Origin: Macrostomum lignano
Taxonomy: Eukaryota
Direction of reading: 5' to 3'
DNA length: 64,000 nt
NCBI GenBank assembly: GCA_002269645.1
Contig: NIVC01000860.1
Coordinates: 310,001 to 374,000 of the forward strand
The position numbers and the translations under genes are program-made. Positions 30,101 to 41,917 of this stretch are shown here, piece after piece. Every line of letters begins with the position of its first letter. Position 1 is the stretch's first letter. Under the pieces are notes generated by a model that saw only the letters and a program-made list of their open reading frames with translations, was not told the origin of the DNA and did not search any database.

Positions 30101-33100
30101 TCAGGCGCCAAGTCTAGGAGTCAAGCGCCAAGTCTAGCAGTCAGGCGCCAAGTCTAGCAGTCAGGCGCCAAGTCTAATAATCAGGCGCCAAGTCTAGCAC
30201 TCAGGCGCCAAGTCTAGGAATCAGGCGCCAAATCTAATAATCAGGCGCCAAGTCTAATCTATTAATCAGGCGCCAAATCTATAAATCAGGCGCCAAAGCT
30301 ATTGATCAGGCGCCAAGTCTTGGAATCAAGCACCAAGTCTAATAATCAGGCGCCAAGTCTAGCAGTCAGGCACCAAATCTAATAATCAGGCGCCAAGTCT
30401 AATCTATAAATCAGGCGCCAAATCTATAAATCAGGCGCCAAAGCTATTGATCAGGCGCCAAGTCTAGCAGTCAGGCACCAGTCTAATAATCAGGCGCCAA
30501 GTCTAGCAGTCAGGCCCAAGTCTAGGAATCAGGCGCCAAATCTAATAATCAGGCGCCAAGTCTAATCTATTAATCAGGCGCCAAATCTATAAATCAGGCG
30601 CCAAAGCTATTGATCAGGCGCCAAGTCTTGGAATCAGGCACCAAGTCTAATAATCAGGCGCCAAGTCTAATAATCAGGCGCCAAGTCTAGGAGTCAGGCG
30701 CCAAGTCTAATAATCAGGCGCCAAGTCTAATAAACAGGCGCCAAGTCTAATCTATTAATCAGGCGCCAAATCTATAAATCAGGCGCCAAAGCTAATAATC
30801 AGGCGCCAAGTCTAATCTATTAATCAGGCGCCAAATCTATAAATCAGGCGCCAAAGCTATTGATCAGGCGCCAAGTCTAGTAATCAGGCACCAAGTCTAG
30901 TAATCAGGCGCCAAATCTAGTAATCAGGCGCCAAGTCTAGTAATCAGGCGCCAAGTCTAATAATCAGGCGCCAAGTCTAATAATCAGGCGCCAAGTCTAG
31001 GAGTCGGGTTTTAAAAATGATTTAATATGGTTTAAGTTTTAGCTATCCCAGTCTACAGTCCAGTATCTATCTCTAGGAGTCCTTGAACAATAGCAGCTGT
31101 CAAATCGAACGGCATAGAGAATTTGGATTGCGCAATGGGGACTCGCGCCAGAGAAAGGCGTTAATACTCCATTGTGTACAGATAAGATAAGATAAGGTAG
31201 TTAGAGAGAAGGCACAAAAGATCAAAGGCGGCGCATTGGAAATTATATTATTATGACTGCATTCTATTCTAATTGAAATCTCCAGTTAGGCCTAACCAAA
31301 CAGTTTTTATAGCAATTAAACCTCTGATTCACAAATTCTTGTTTATTTATTGTTCAATTTACGACGTCGCCGGTTGGATCGATAATTGGATAATTAATGT
31401 TATAACACCTGAACTCAAAATTATTATAATTTTCCAAGTCTGCAACTGCCACCCGTTGGGCTCGAGGAGCAATATCTGCGACGGCAGCAGCGGCCACTGC
31501 ACCTGCAAGGATGGAGTTAGCGGAGACAAGTGCGACAGGTGCATGGCCGGCTACGAGCAGACTAATGACCCAGCAGTGCCTTGCAGGCGGATCGGTGAGG
31601 CTGGGGAGAGGGAGGCAGCAAGGTAGAGGGATAGTGAGAGGGAGAGTGGTAAAGAGAGAGGGGGAGAGAGAAAGACAGAGACACATAGACACAGAGACAC
31701 AGACACAGAGACACAGAGACACAGACACAGAGACACAGAGACACAGAGACACATAGACACAGAGACACAGACACAGAGACACAGAGACACAGAGACACAG
31801 AGACACAGAGACACAGAGACACAGAGACACAGAGACACAGAGACACAGAGACACAGAGACACAGACAGACACAGAGACACAGAGACACAGAGACACAGAG
31901 ACACAGAGACACAGAGACACAGAGACACAGAGACACAGAGACACAGAGACACAGAGACACAGAGACACAGAGACGCAGAGACACATAGACAGAGACACAG
32001 AGACAGACACAGAGACACAGAGACACAGAGACACAGAGACACAGAGACACAGAGACAGACACAGAGACACAGAGACACAGAGACACAGAGACACAGAGAC
32101 ACAGAGACACAGAGACACAGAGACACAGAGACACAGAGACACAGAGACACAGAGACACATAGACAGAGACACAGAGACAGACACAGAGACACAGAGACAC
32201 AGAGACACAGAGACAGACACAGAGACACAGAGACACAGAGACACAGAGACACAGAGACACAGAGACACAGACAGACACAGAGACACAGAGACACAGAGAC
32301 ACAGAGACACAGAGACAGACACAGAGACACAGCGACACAGAGACACAGAGACACAGAGACACAGAGACACAGAGACAGACACAGAGACACAGCGACACAG
32401 AGACACAGAGACACAGAGACACAGAGACACAGAGACACAGAGACACAGAGACACAGAGACACAGAGACAGACACAGAGACACAGAGACACAGAGACAGAC
32501 ACAGAGACACAGACAGACACAGAGACACAGAGACACAGAGACACAGAGACAGACACAGAGAGAGGTTACTGCGTATCAGTTTAGTCAAATTAATTGGCGT
32601 CCTTCATCAGAAGATTTCAAGGAAGAGATAGGTGATGGAAGAGGGAGTGAGAGAGAGAGAGAGAGGGAGAGAAGGTAGGGACTCCAATCTCCCTGACTGC
32701 AATCACTCTGACTAGAATATGAGCGTAGCTCCACCAGATACTCCACCAGAATCTCATGCAATTGCAAGAAAACGTTTTTCAAATGGATTTTTCAATCAAT
32801 ACCTTTAAGGTGAGGCCTGGAGGCCGCAGCCGCCGCCACCACCGCCGCAGCCACAACCGCAGCCGCAGCCGCAACGGCCGCAGCCACCGGCGCGCCAGCC
32901 GTCAAGACCATCAAGCTCGTCTGGATCTCGAGGCGACAGGCGCGGCAAACCAGGTGAATTCTCAAGTCACCTTGTGACCAGTGGTAGTTGGGGATTAAAT
33001 TCAGTTTGGTTTAACTTCAATTTTTCTCATTATCCTTACCTTCCTCTGACCCTCTCCTCTCAGACACTCTCTCACTAACCCTCTCCTCTCTCACTAACCC

Positions 33101-36100
33101 TCTCCTCTCTCACTGTCACTCTCCTCTCTCACTGTCACTCTCCTCTCTCATTGTCACTCTCCTCTCTCACTGTCACTCTCCTCTCTCACTGTCACTCTCC
33201 TCTCTCACTGTCACTCTCCTCTCTTACTGTCACTCTCCTCTCTTACTGTCACTCTCCTCTCTTACTGTCACTCTCCTCTCCCTCTGACACTCTCCTCTCC
33301 CTCTGACACTCTCTCCTCTCCATTATCTTTCTTGGAACCCTTCATCCCATCGACAACTGTCCCTGTAGTTCCAAATCTCCCTGGCAACTAATTGCCACCG
33401 CACCTTTCGCCCTCAAAGAGGTGAAAAAAAAACAAAGTTAATCACTCGTTCTCCATCTTAAATTTCTTACTCATCGTTAACTATGAAAATAGTGGCACAA
33501 TGAATATCAACAAAGACCAGGGCATACAGCGTCCCAATAATGGCGATGGCGACACTTCATCAAGAACTCTAAAAAGCTCACTTGACTGAAGTGGCCGCCT
33601 CTTTTTACTCGCACACGATTTTTGCCGGGCGACAAAGACTTTTCCTGTATTTCTGATTTTCAAGTGCTCGCCTGCTGAAAACTTGGAAGAGAAACACTCC
33701 AGCAGTCCCCGGGATCAGAGGCAATTTATAGGGCCTATTATTATTATTAAGGGGCAGTTGTCCGGGCACCATACAGAGACGACAAGATTATGCAAGATCC
33801 CACCATCCATTCTCATTCAATCCCTGGCAGCTCTCAAGTGCCCGCGACCGTGGTTTTGACCGCGGCTGGGCATCCCCAAAAGACTTGACACTTTTCATTC
33901 AAAAATCTTTCTCGATCCCCCACAACTTCTTGGCCACAGCGCGGAGCCCGCGTCAGTTTTTTTGAAAGAGAGGCCTGCCTCCTGCCTACGCACCAATCCC
34001 CCCAGGTGTGCCGTGCATGGCGAAAAGTTGTCGACATTGAAGAACGATTTCAATCCCTCTAATATATTTAATGAGTAGCGCCTGATAATGGGCAGCTGAT
34101 ATAACCAGGCCTGACATTGCCGGCCACGTCAACTCGGGATGAAGAGAAATCTCTTCACACCTTTCCACCCGCGCCACCATCGTTTAAGGCAGGTTTTACA
34201 CGCAGCTCTGAAGGGGCCTTAGCTGTCTGTCTGCCTCTCTCTCACCTTTCTCTCCCCTACCCTAGGCAGGGCTAGGCTCTCCGGCTCTCTCGGGGTTGTA
34301 AAAAAGGAATTCCAGGCATGACAACACAGCGAGCGCGAGAGTCAAGGCGGTCGACAGCAGCCCATCTGGCACAGTTCGATTGTAGACGGGAAAAGTTGAA
34401 GTTTTTAAGGCCTGGTCAGCATATGTCGCCAATACTCGGAGAGAGATGGGAGAGGCAACAGAAGTAAAACAGCATCGCACAGTTGTCGGTCTCGCCCAGC
34501 GGCAGCTGAAGTGCCCAAAAAGCATTACCGTTTGCTTCCATTAAAAGCCTGCCCCCCCAGCCTCTTCTTAACAAATTGGTGCGGCTGAAGCCCAGAAAGC
34601 TTTTTTTCGCACCCGGGTGCCGCGTCGTAGCATTTCCGAAATTCCCCGAATATTCCGTATCGTTCGGGAACCGATTTCTCCACTCGCCGCATTAAAAGCG
34701 CCACAATTCTTTGTTTTGCAGGTCGAACCAAATCGAAGGACAGGAAGTGCCCGAAAAGGTGCAAATCGAATGACTCAAGCCTCACTCAGGTGGACTATTG
34801 TCTGCGACCGTGGGGTGAGTATGGGAGAGCTGGCAAATATTGATGGGAATCAACTAAAGAGTGGAATATAGATGGGATGATGGAAACAGAACAGGGACAA
34901 CAGGAAACAGAACAGGGAAAACAGGAAACAGAACAGGGACAACAGGAAACAGAACAGGGAAAACAGGAAACAGAACAGGGAAAACAGGAAACAGAATAGG
35001 GAAAACAGGAAATAGAATAGGGACAACAGGAAACAGAACAGGGAAAACAGGAAACAGAACAGGGAAAACAGGAAATAGAACAGGGAAAACAGGAAACAGA
35101 ACAGGGACAACAGGAAACAGAACAGGGAAAACAGAAAATGGAACAGGGAAAACAGGAAACAGAACAGGGACAACAGGAAACAGAACAGGGACAACAGGAA
35201 ACTTAACTTGTTCATCCATCAAATTCAGAGATTTGAGAGCTTAAATACCACAACGCGGAATTTCTGGGAGAGAAAAATGATTAGGAAAATATTTTTTTTT
35301 CCAGCCTGGTATGAAGGTTTAGACAGAATCACCAAGGCATCGAACATTCTGGTGCAGAAATTTAGTTGGATCGATAATTTCTTGCCTTACTCAGCAGCCG
35401 TTGTTTCTCGTCACGAGTTTAGCAATTTTGGAATCGAGCGATTGGAGAGAGAGCTTGGGGGAGAAATGTACTCGAAAGTGCAGATGAACATGGCTCAGTC
35501 CACTGCAATTAGAGGGGAACGCGTCATACTCAATGTTTCTTGGAAATCTTTTGAAGGCTCATTTTTCCATTTTTTTCGAATCCGTACCAACATTTCTATC
35601 GCAAATCTGAGACTGTGTGATATGGCGCCAAATCTATGATTGATTGATATGGCGCCAAATCTGGGACCGTTTGATATGGCACCAAATCTGAGACTGTTTG
35701 ATATGATGCCAAAACTATGATTGATTGATATGGCGCCAAATCTGGGACTGTTTGATATGGCGCCAAATCTGGGACTGTTTGATATGGCGCCAAATCTGGG
35801 ACTTTTTGAAATCTGGGACTGTTTGATATGGCGCCAAATCTGGGACTGTTTGATATGGCACCAAAACTCTAAGATAGCTCCAAATTAAGACCCAGTTGCG
35901 GCATAAAATATGCAGAGGCATTAACGGCAAGCAGGTCCAGAGGTGTTAAACTCGCACACACACGCGCACATATGCACACAATAGCCTACTGATAAATCTA
36001 AAAGGCAAATAACAGCAACCGCTTGGAGAGAAGAAGCTGAAAATCGGGAGAATTGTCTGAAGATCACGCGCCTCACCGGGTCGAGTGGCTGTGAAAAATT

Positions 36101-37467
36101 CAGTGGTTACAGAATTGCGGCTCCGTCAATCATACAGACAGGTTATTAATAGAATACTCAATTGACTGCTCAAGCAGTCTGGCTGTGTTATCATTTCTTT
36201 GGGCTACTCATCCAACCCCCGCAGCCCGTGGTGGTCAAGAATCGGTGTGGTCTTCTTTTGCTATTGTATAAATAAATAACTCCGAAATTTAGCACCAGGT
36301 GTGGCCACTGACACGGCACAATCTTTGCTTAAGCGCACCATTGCTTGTGAGAAGCTATGAGGGAGACAAGACTTCAGTGACACTTGTACAAGACTTTATT
36401 TATACTTGTACAAGATTTCAGTGATGCTGTACAAGACATTAGTGACACTTGTAGAAGACTTTAGGGACACTTGTAAAAGACTTTAGTGACACTTGTACAA
36501 GACTTTAGTGACACTTGTACAAGACTTTAGTGACACTTGTACAAGACTTTAGTGACACTTGTACAAGACTTTAGTGACACTTGTACAAGACTTTAGTGAC
36601 ACTTGTACAAGACTTTAGTGACACTCGTAGAAGACTTTAGTGACACTTGTACAAGACTTTAGTGACACTCGTACAAGACTTTAGTGACACTCGTACAAGA
36701 ATTAGGTGACACTTGTAGAAGACCTTAATGATAGGTCATACTTGTACAAGATTTCAGTGATACTGTACAAGACTCTATAGTGACGCTAAAACTCGAGAGC
36801 AGGAGTATACCAGACCAAAAGTTTAGTACAAGAACATCACTGACGCCATGACCAACTGCAAAGCGCCCCAACTCCCTCCACTGTCACCTTCGCAGCCATC
36901 CGAGCGCAGGTGTTGAGCATCCGTCGCCAGCGCCGCTGGATGCAGGTGTCCGCCAGAATCTTCCCGTACAAATGTCCCACTCGCAGCTGCCCGACCAGCC
37001 CGTCGGCCACCTTCTGGATCAAACGTCGACATTGGCGCTGCCGCTGTCCCAGGCTGCGCCGCGGCGCCACCTACTTGGTGATGACGCGCGACAAGCACCA
37101 CCGGAAGCACCCGGACGACCTTGTGCTGGACAAACGATCCATTGTGCTCCGCTGGCAAGACAGCCAGCTCAACCAGCTCAGACAGTTTGAACGCTTTGTC
37201 GGGTACGACTACACCGCCGATGGCTGCGTCGACTGCGACTGCATCCGTCGGCGGCATCGGCAGCAGCGGCGACGGCGGCGCCAGCGCAGGCGGGGCAACT
37301 CGGGCGGCAGGAAGGCCTCCTCCCGGATGCGGAAGCGGGACTCCAGATCCGCCGCCGCTGCCGCCGCCGCCGCTGCCGGAGCCGCCGACGGAGCCGCCGC
37401 TTCTGCCGCTGTTTCGACGGCAAAGCCACCGAGGCAGACCTACCTTTACGGCGGCACAACGGACTGA
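27112..37467 (+). CDS. netrin: Netrin (signal peptide, laminin N-terminal domain, four LE repeats, Pro-rich linker, NTR/C345C domain), 7 exons
   Basis: Exons 27112-28156, 29619-29801, 29854-30054, 31439-31594, 32810-32953, 34722-34814, 36896-37467; all junctions phase 1 with GT/AG. Motifs [43 protein letters not shown] and [15 protein letters not shown]. Confidence 0.93.
28990..29425. repeat. 16-nt minisatellite in netrin intron 1
   Basis: Unit GTAGAGACGTGCACAG and variants. Confidence 0.93.
30068..31002. repeat. About 20-nt minisatellite in netrin intron 3
   Basis: Core TCAGGCGCCAA(G/A)TCTA. Confidence 0.95.
31672..32560. repeat. (GACACAGA)n microsatellite in netrin intron 4
   Basis: Direct inspection. 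Confidence 0.97.
33060..33310. repeat. 19-nt CT-rich tandem repeat
   Basis: Unit CACTCTCCTCTCTCACTGT. Confidence 0.9.
34880..35200. repeat. 21-nt minisatellite in netrin intron 6
   Basis: Unit GGAAACAGAACAGGG(A/G)(C/A)AACA. Confidence 0.93.
35600..35865. repeat. Minisatellite with core GATATGGCGCCAAATCT
   Basis: About 8 imperfect copies. Confidence 0.88.
36375..36770. repeat. 22-nt minisatellite
   Basis: Unit GACACTTGTACAAGACTTTAGT. Confidence 0.93.
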
Positions 37468-37679
37468 ACACCGAGGTCGGTCTGGTCTGAGAAAAGTCGA
37501 AAACTAGAAAAAGATTGGCTTATATTTTGCGAGACGCACGAGGCGAACTTGCTGGCTGCAGCTTTTGCCTCATTTTTTCAAATTTTTGTTTCCTTTTTTA
37601 CGTTTTTTTGTTTCGTCAGTTTTTTCTTCTGCTGTCTCCTTGTGTTGTCATCGGTGGTTCTGCATCGCTTAGGCTCTAT

Positions 37680-38520
37680 ATCTGGCGCTTAGTGGCTCAA
37701 AAGTGGCGCTTAGTGGCTCAAAGGTGGCACTTAGTGGCTCAAAAGTGGCGCTTATAGTGGCTCAAAAGTGGCACTTAGTGGCTCAAAAGTGGCACTTAGT
37801 GGCTCAAAAGTGGCACTTAGTGGCTCAAAAGTGGCACTTAGTGGCTCAAAAGTGGCACTTAGTGGCTCAAAAGTGGCACTTAGTGGCTCAAAAGTGGCAC
37901 TTAGTGGCTCAAAAGTGGCACTTAGTGGCTCAAAAGTGGCACTTAGTGGCTCAAAAGTGGCACTTAGTGGCTCAAAAGTGGCACTTAGTGGCTCAAAAGT
38001 GGCGCTTAGTGGCTCAAAGGTGGCACTTAGTGGCTCAAAAGTGGCACTTAGTGGCTCAAAAGTGGCACTTAGTGGCTCAAAAGTGGCGCTTAGTGGCTCA
38101 AAGGTGGCACTTAGTGGCTCAAAGGTGGCACTTAGTGGCTCAAAAGTGGCGCTTATAGTGGCTCAAAAGTGGCACTTAGTGACTCAAAGGTGGCACTTAG
38201 TGACTCAAAAGTGGCGCTTAGTGGCTCAAAAGTGGCACTTAGTGACTCAAAGGTGGCGCTTAGTGGCTCAAAGGTGGCACTTAGTGGCTCAAAGGTGGCA
38301 CTTAGTGGCTCAAAAGTGGCGCTTATAGTGGCTCAAAAGTGGCACTTAGTGACTCAAAGGTGGCGCTTAGTGGCTCAAAAGTGGCGCTTAGTGGCTCAAA
38401 AGTGGCACTTAGTGACTCAAAGGTGGCGCTTAGTGACTCAAAAGTGGCGCTTATTGGCTCAAAAGTGGCGCTTAGTGGCTCAAAAGTGGCGCTTATTGAC
38501 TCAAAAGTGGCGCTTAGTGA
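37680..38520. repeat. 21-nt minisatellite downstream of the netrin stop
   Basis: Unit TGGCACTTAGTGGCTCAAAAG. Confidence 0.95.
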
Positions 38521-41109
38521 GGTTAAACGAGATCAAAACTGGCATCAGGTGAGTCAAATATGGCAAAGTCAAAAGCCCCCTCCCCTCAGCTTCCTGTCAT
38601 ATTCGTGCGTCTTAACTTGTTTCTGCTTTGAATCCAGTGGACTCATCTTCAACTTTATTATTTTCTTGTTTTGCTGTCAGACCAAGCGAAGGCGGTTACA
38701 ACTTTACCTCATTGCACTTGCTGTCTGCCTGTTGTTTCTGACTCTGTAATCATTTGAAATCATTTTTCTATTCAGTGTTATAATGCTGACTGGGTTTTTA
38801 TTGTTTGTCATTTAATTTTGCGGTTTTTTGTTTAACTGCTCTTTGCAAAAGAAATTAGTATTCGACTAGCTGACCCCCATGAGACCCCTGTAAATAGCTT
38901 TGGTTGCGATGGCAACTGTAATTGCAAAAAATAATTTAAAATTTTAAACCCCAGCTCTTGTCTATAACAAAATAGTTCACTTTTGTGTTGATATTAATTA
39001 CTAACTAATGTGTTACAATACTTATATACATACGGTACTAATTTTGGTAGTAACAAAGCCTACAAAGTCATCTATATAGTATAATTGTAACTTTATTTTA
39101 ACACGTTCGATCCACTTGAAATAAGCACTCTTATTATTCTTGCTTAGATGTTGGCGTTTAGCTACTGTTTTTAGTAGTGCATATTGGCTTCTTATAAGCG
39201 AAAGCTTATCAAATTAATGGTAATCGAAAATTATCGAATGTGCTGTTGTTGCAAAAAAAATAAATTTTGGTCAATTAAATAAATTGCTTCTTAGTAGTCG
39301 CGGCCCTCAGTAACTGGAATTTGGCATTGTGCCAGATTTTATTGATAACATATACCAAAATGCTGATGCATGCCAAAGAGAGATACAGAGAAAGAAGGGA
39401 AGAAGGGAGGGGGAAGGGAGGGCGAAGAGAGAGCATAGAAGTATAGAGAGGGCGAAAAGAGGGTATAGAGAAGGCGAAGAGAGGGTGACGGGAGGGCGAA
39501 GAGAGGGTGAAGGGATTACAAAGAGAGGGTGAAGGGATTACAAAGAGAGGGTGGAGGGATTACAAAGAGAGGGTGAAGGGATTACAAAGAGAGGGTGGAG
39601 GGATTACAAAGAGAGGGTGAAGGGAGGACGAAGAAAGGAGGAATGGTGGGCGAAGGGAGGGCGAAGGGAGGGCGAAGGGAGGGCGAAGGGAGGGCGAAGG
39701 GAGGGCGAAAGGAAAAGGAGAGGGGTTCATAAGCTCCTCCTAACATCTGAAAGTTTACAAGTGGAGCCTTAGTTAATTCTGCTCCCATGAACCTCGCGAA
39801 GTGTTCCAGCCAAATGCAGACAGTAACAAGGGCAGACTGCAAGACTAGAAGAGCAGAATAGCAGAATAAAGAGCTTTCTGATTACTGTTTACCTGCCAGT
39901 GTGAGCACGTGACCCTACAGCTCAAGGCTGGCCAGGTGTGTAGATGCGCCGGAAATTCCATCTCGAACCAGCCGACCTCAAAAGTGCGCAAGGCTGCTCA
40001 AACACACACACAAACACACCCCCTGACACACCTCACACCAAGAGGATCGAGATTTACGTCAGGCAAATTAGGAGAGTATAGACATCCGCAGGCTTTTGCA
40101 ATTTCCTGGAATCTGCTGCTGCTTCTGCGGTTCGGGAAAATTCCTTTCATCCATGTTTCTGTGTTAATCAAAATTCCCAGTTGGAGAAGCCTAAGCCTTA
40201 GTTATTTTATGGGAAACACTGCCGGATCCACTTTGCAAAGTCCTCTAATGGACTTGCTTGTCTTTATAGAGCTGCTTTGGAACTGCAAAAGGAACTCTCG
40301 GGTGATTGGCGCTTTCTTGGCTTCCTGTTTTGTACTTCATCTGCGGAGCGTTTTGAACTGGGGAAAAATCTGTTCACAAAGGCTATAGAGAGAGAGAGGG
40401 GCGAATATGTATTTTTTACAATATTTGACACCACACATAAACTTGACGACTGTGACGTGACCTGAACTCAAGAGAAGAAAAGACGAGAAATTAAATTTAC
40501 GAGTAAAATAACGATGCACGTGCACATTCATTAGATGTCAGCGAAGCTGATGGACACCGAAGGTACCGTCTTCACGCATGCAAGCCGCCGTAGCATATCA
40601 GAACGGCAAAACGATGGCTGCACCACCATCTGGGACACTGGCGTCCTCAGGCAGCGGTGTGAGGATTCTGCAACGCTATCAAGTACGAGTAAAATGTACT
40701 TGCGACTAGCCCGATCCCAGTCTGGCACAGGAAGCAGAAGCGCACTCTGCATCAAAATCCTCCCTCAGACTTGTGCTGCTCTCCTCAGTCTAGCAGCAAC
40801 TCCCTTTGTCGAGGCTCCGCTTCGTGTTTGTAGGTATTCATCGTACATTAGGACCACAAAAGATGTACATCACCTGACTGACTGGCGCCTCGCTTATCCA
40901 GCCTCATATTTTAGACCCGTAGCCTCGGGAGTCGAGAATATTCTGCACTGCACTCACTTTAGGTGAGGGGCTAAATCATTAAAATAACCCTTAAAAAATA
41001 TCCACGCCATAAATCACCCGAGCTCTAGTTGCATTCAGCCTGTTCCAAACACGTACATTTAAAATGCGCTCTTGCACCAGGGTCAAGCAGGGGAATGCGC
41101 GCTTGTCCA

Positions 41110-41650
41110 GAGGGAGAGAGGGAGAGAGGGAGAGAGGGAGAGAGAGAGGGAGAGAGGGAGAGAGGAGAGAGAGAGGGAGAGAGAGGGAGAGAGGGAGAGA
41201 GAGAGGGAGAGAGGGAGAGAGAGGGAGAGAGGGAGAGAGAGAGGGAGAGAGGGAGAGAGAGAGGGAGAGAGGGAGAGAGAGAGGGAGAGAGAGGGAGAGA
41301 GGGAGAGAGAGGGAGAGAGGGAGAGAGAGAGGGAGAGAGAGGGAGAGAGGGAGAGAGAGAGGGAGGGAGAGAGGGAGAGAGAGAGGGAGAGAGAGGGAGA
41401 GAGGGAGAGAGAGAGGGAGAGAGGGAGAGAGGGAGAGAGAGGGGGAGAGAGGAGAGAGGGAGAGAGAGGGGAGAGAGGGAGAGAGGGAGAGAGAGAGGGA
41501 GAGAGGGAGAGAGAGAGGGAGAGAGGGAGAGAGGGAGAGAGAGGGGGAGAGAGGGAGAGAGGGAGAGAGGGAGAGAGGGAGAGAGGAGAGAGAGGGGGAG
41601 AGAGGGAGAGAGGGAGAGAGGGGGAGAGAGAGGGAGAGAGGGAGAGAGGG
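41110..41650. repeat. GA-rich polypurine tract
   Basis: Direct inspection. Confidence 0.95.
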
Positions 41651-41917
41651 AAGGCCTGTGAAATGGGGAGACAGGGCAAAACCGAAAGCAAAAGCCACTG
41701 CCACTGCCGTATTTACCGTCAAGATGCTTGAGCTCCCAAATTCGCTGAAGAGTTTTGCCGCAGTATATCGCAATCTGCAGCTAAATGATTCAAATTCACA
41801 AACAGTTTATATTTAATGACGGATTTCCACAAGTGTTTTACAGGTAGCTACGAGTATATACTCGTGTGTCTCTATTGATCTCAGTAAAATTGACTCTTTC
41901 GTTGCCAAGCTGCATGC

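Noticed and set aside
31354-32588. Long Cys/Val/Ser/Leu ORFs
   Set aside because: Translations of the (GACACAGA)n microsatellite on the antisense strand of a netrin intron.
40535-40966. 143-aa ORF and neighbouring ORFs at 39.9-40.8 kb
   Set aside because: No recognisable motif, splice context or codon pattern. Possibly decayed mobile DNA.
41029-41816. Glu/Arg/Gly-rich ORFs
   Set aside because: Translations of a GA polypurine tract.
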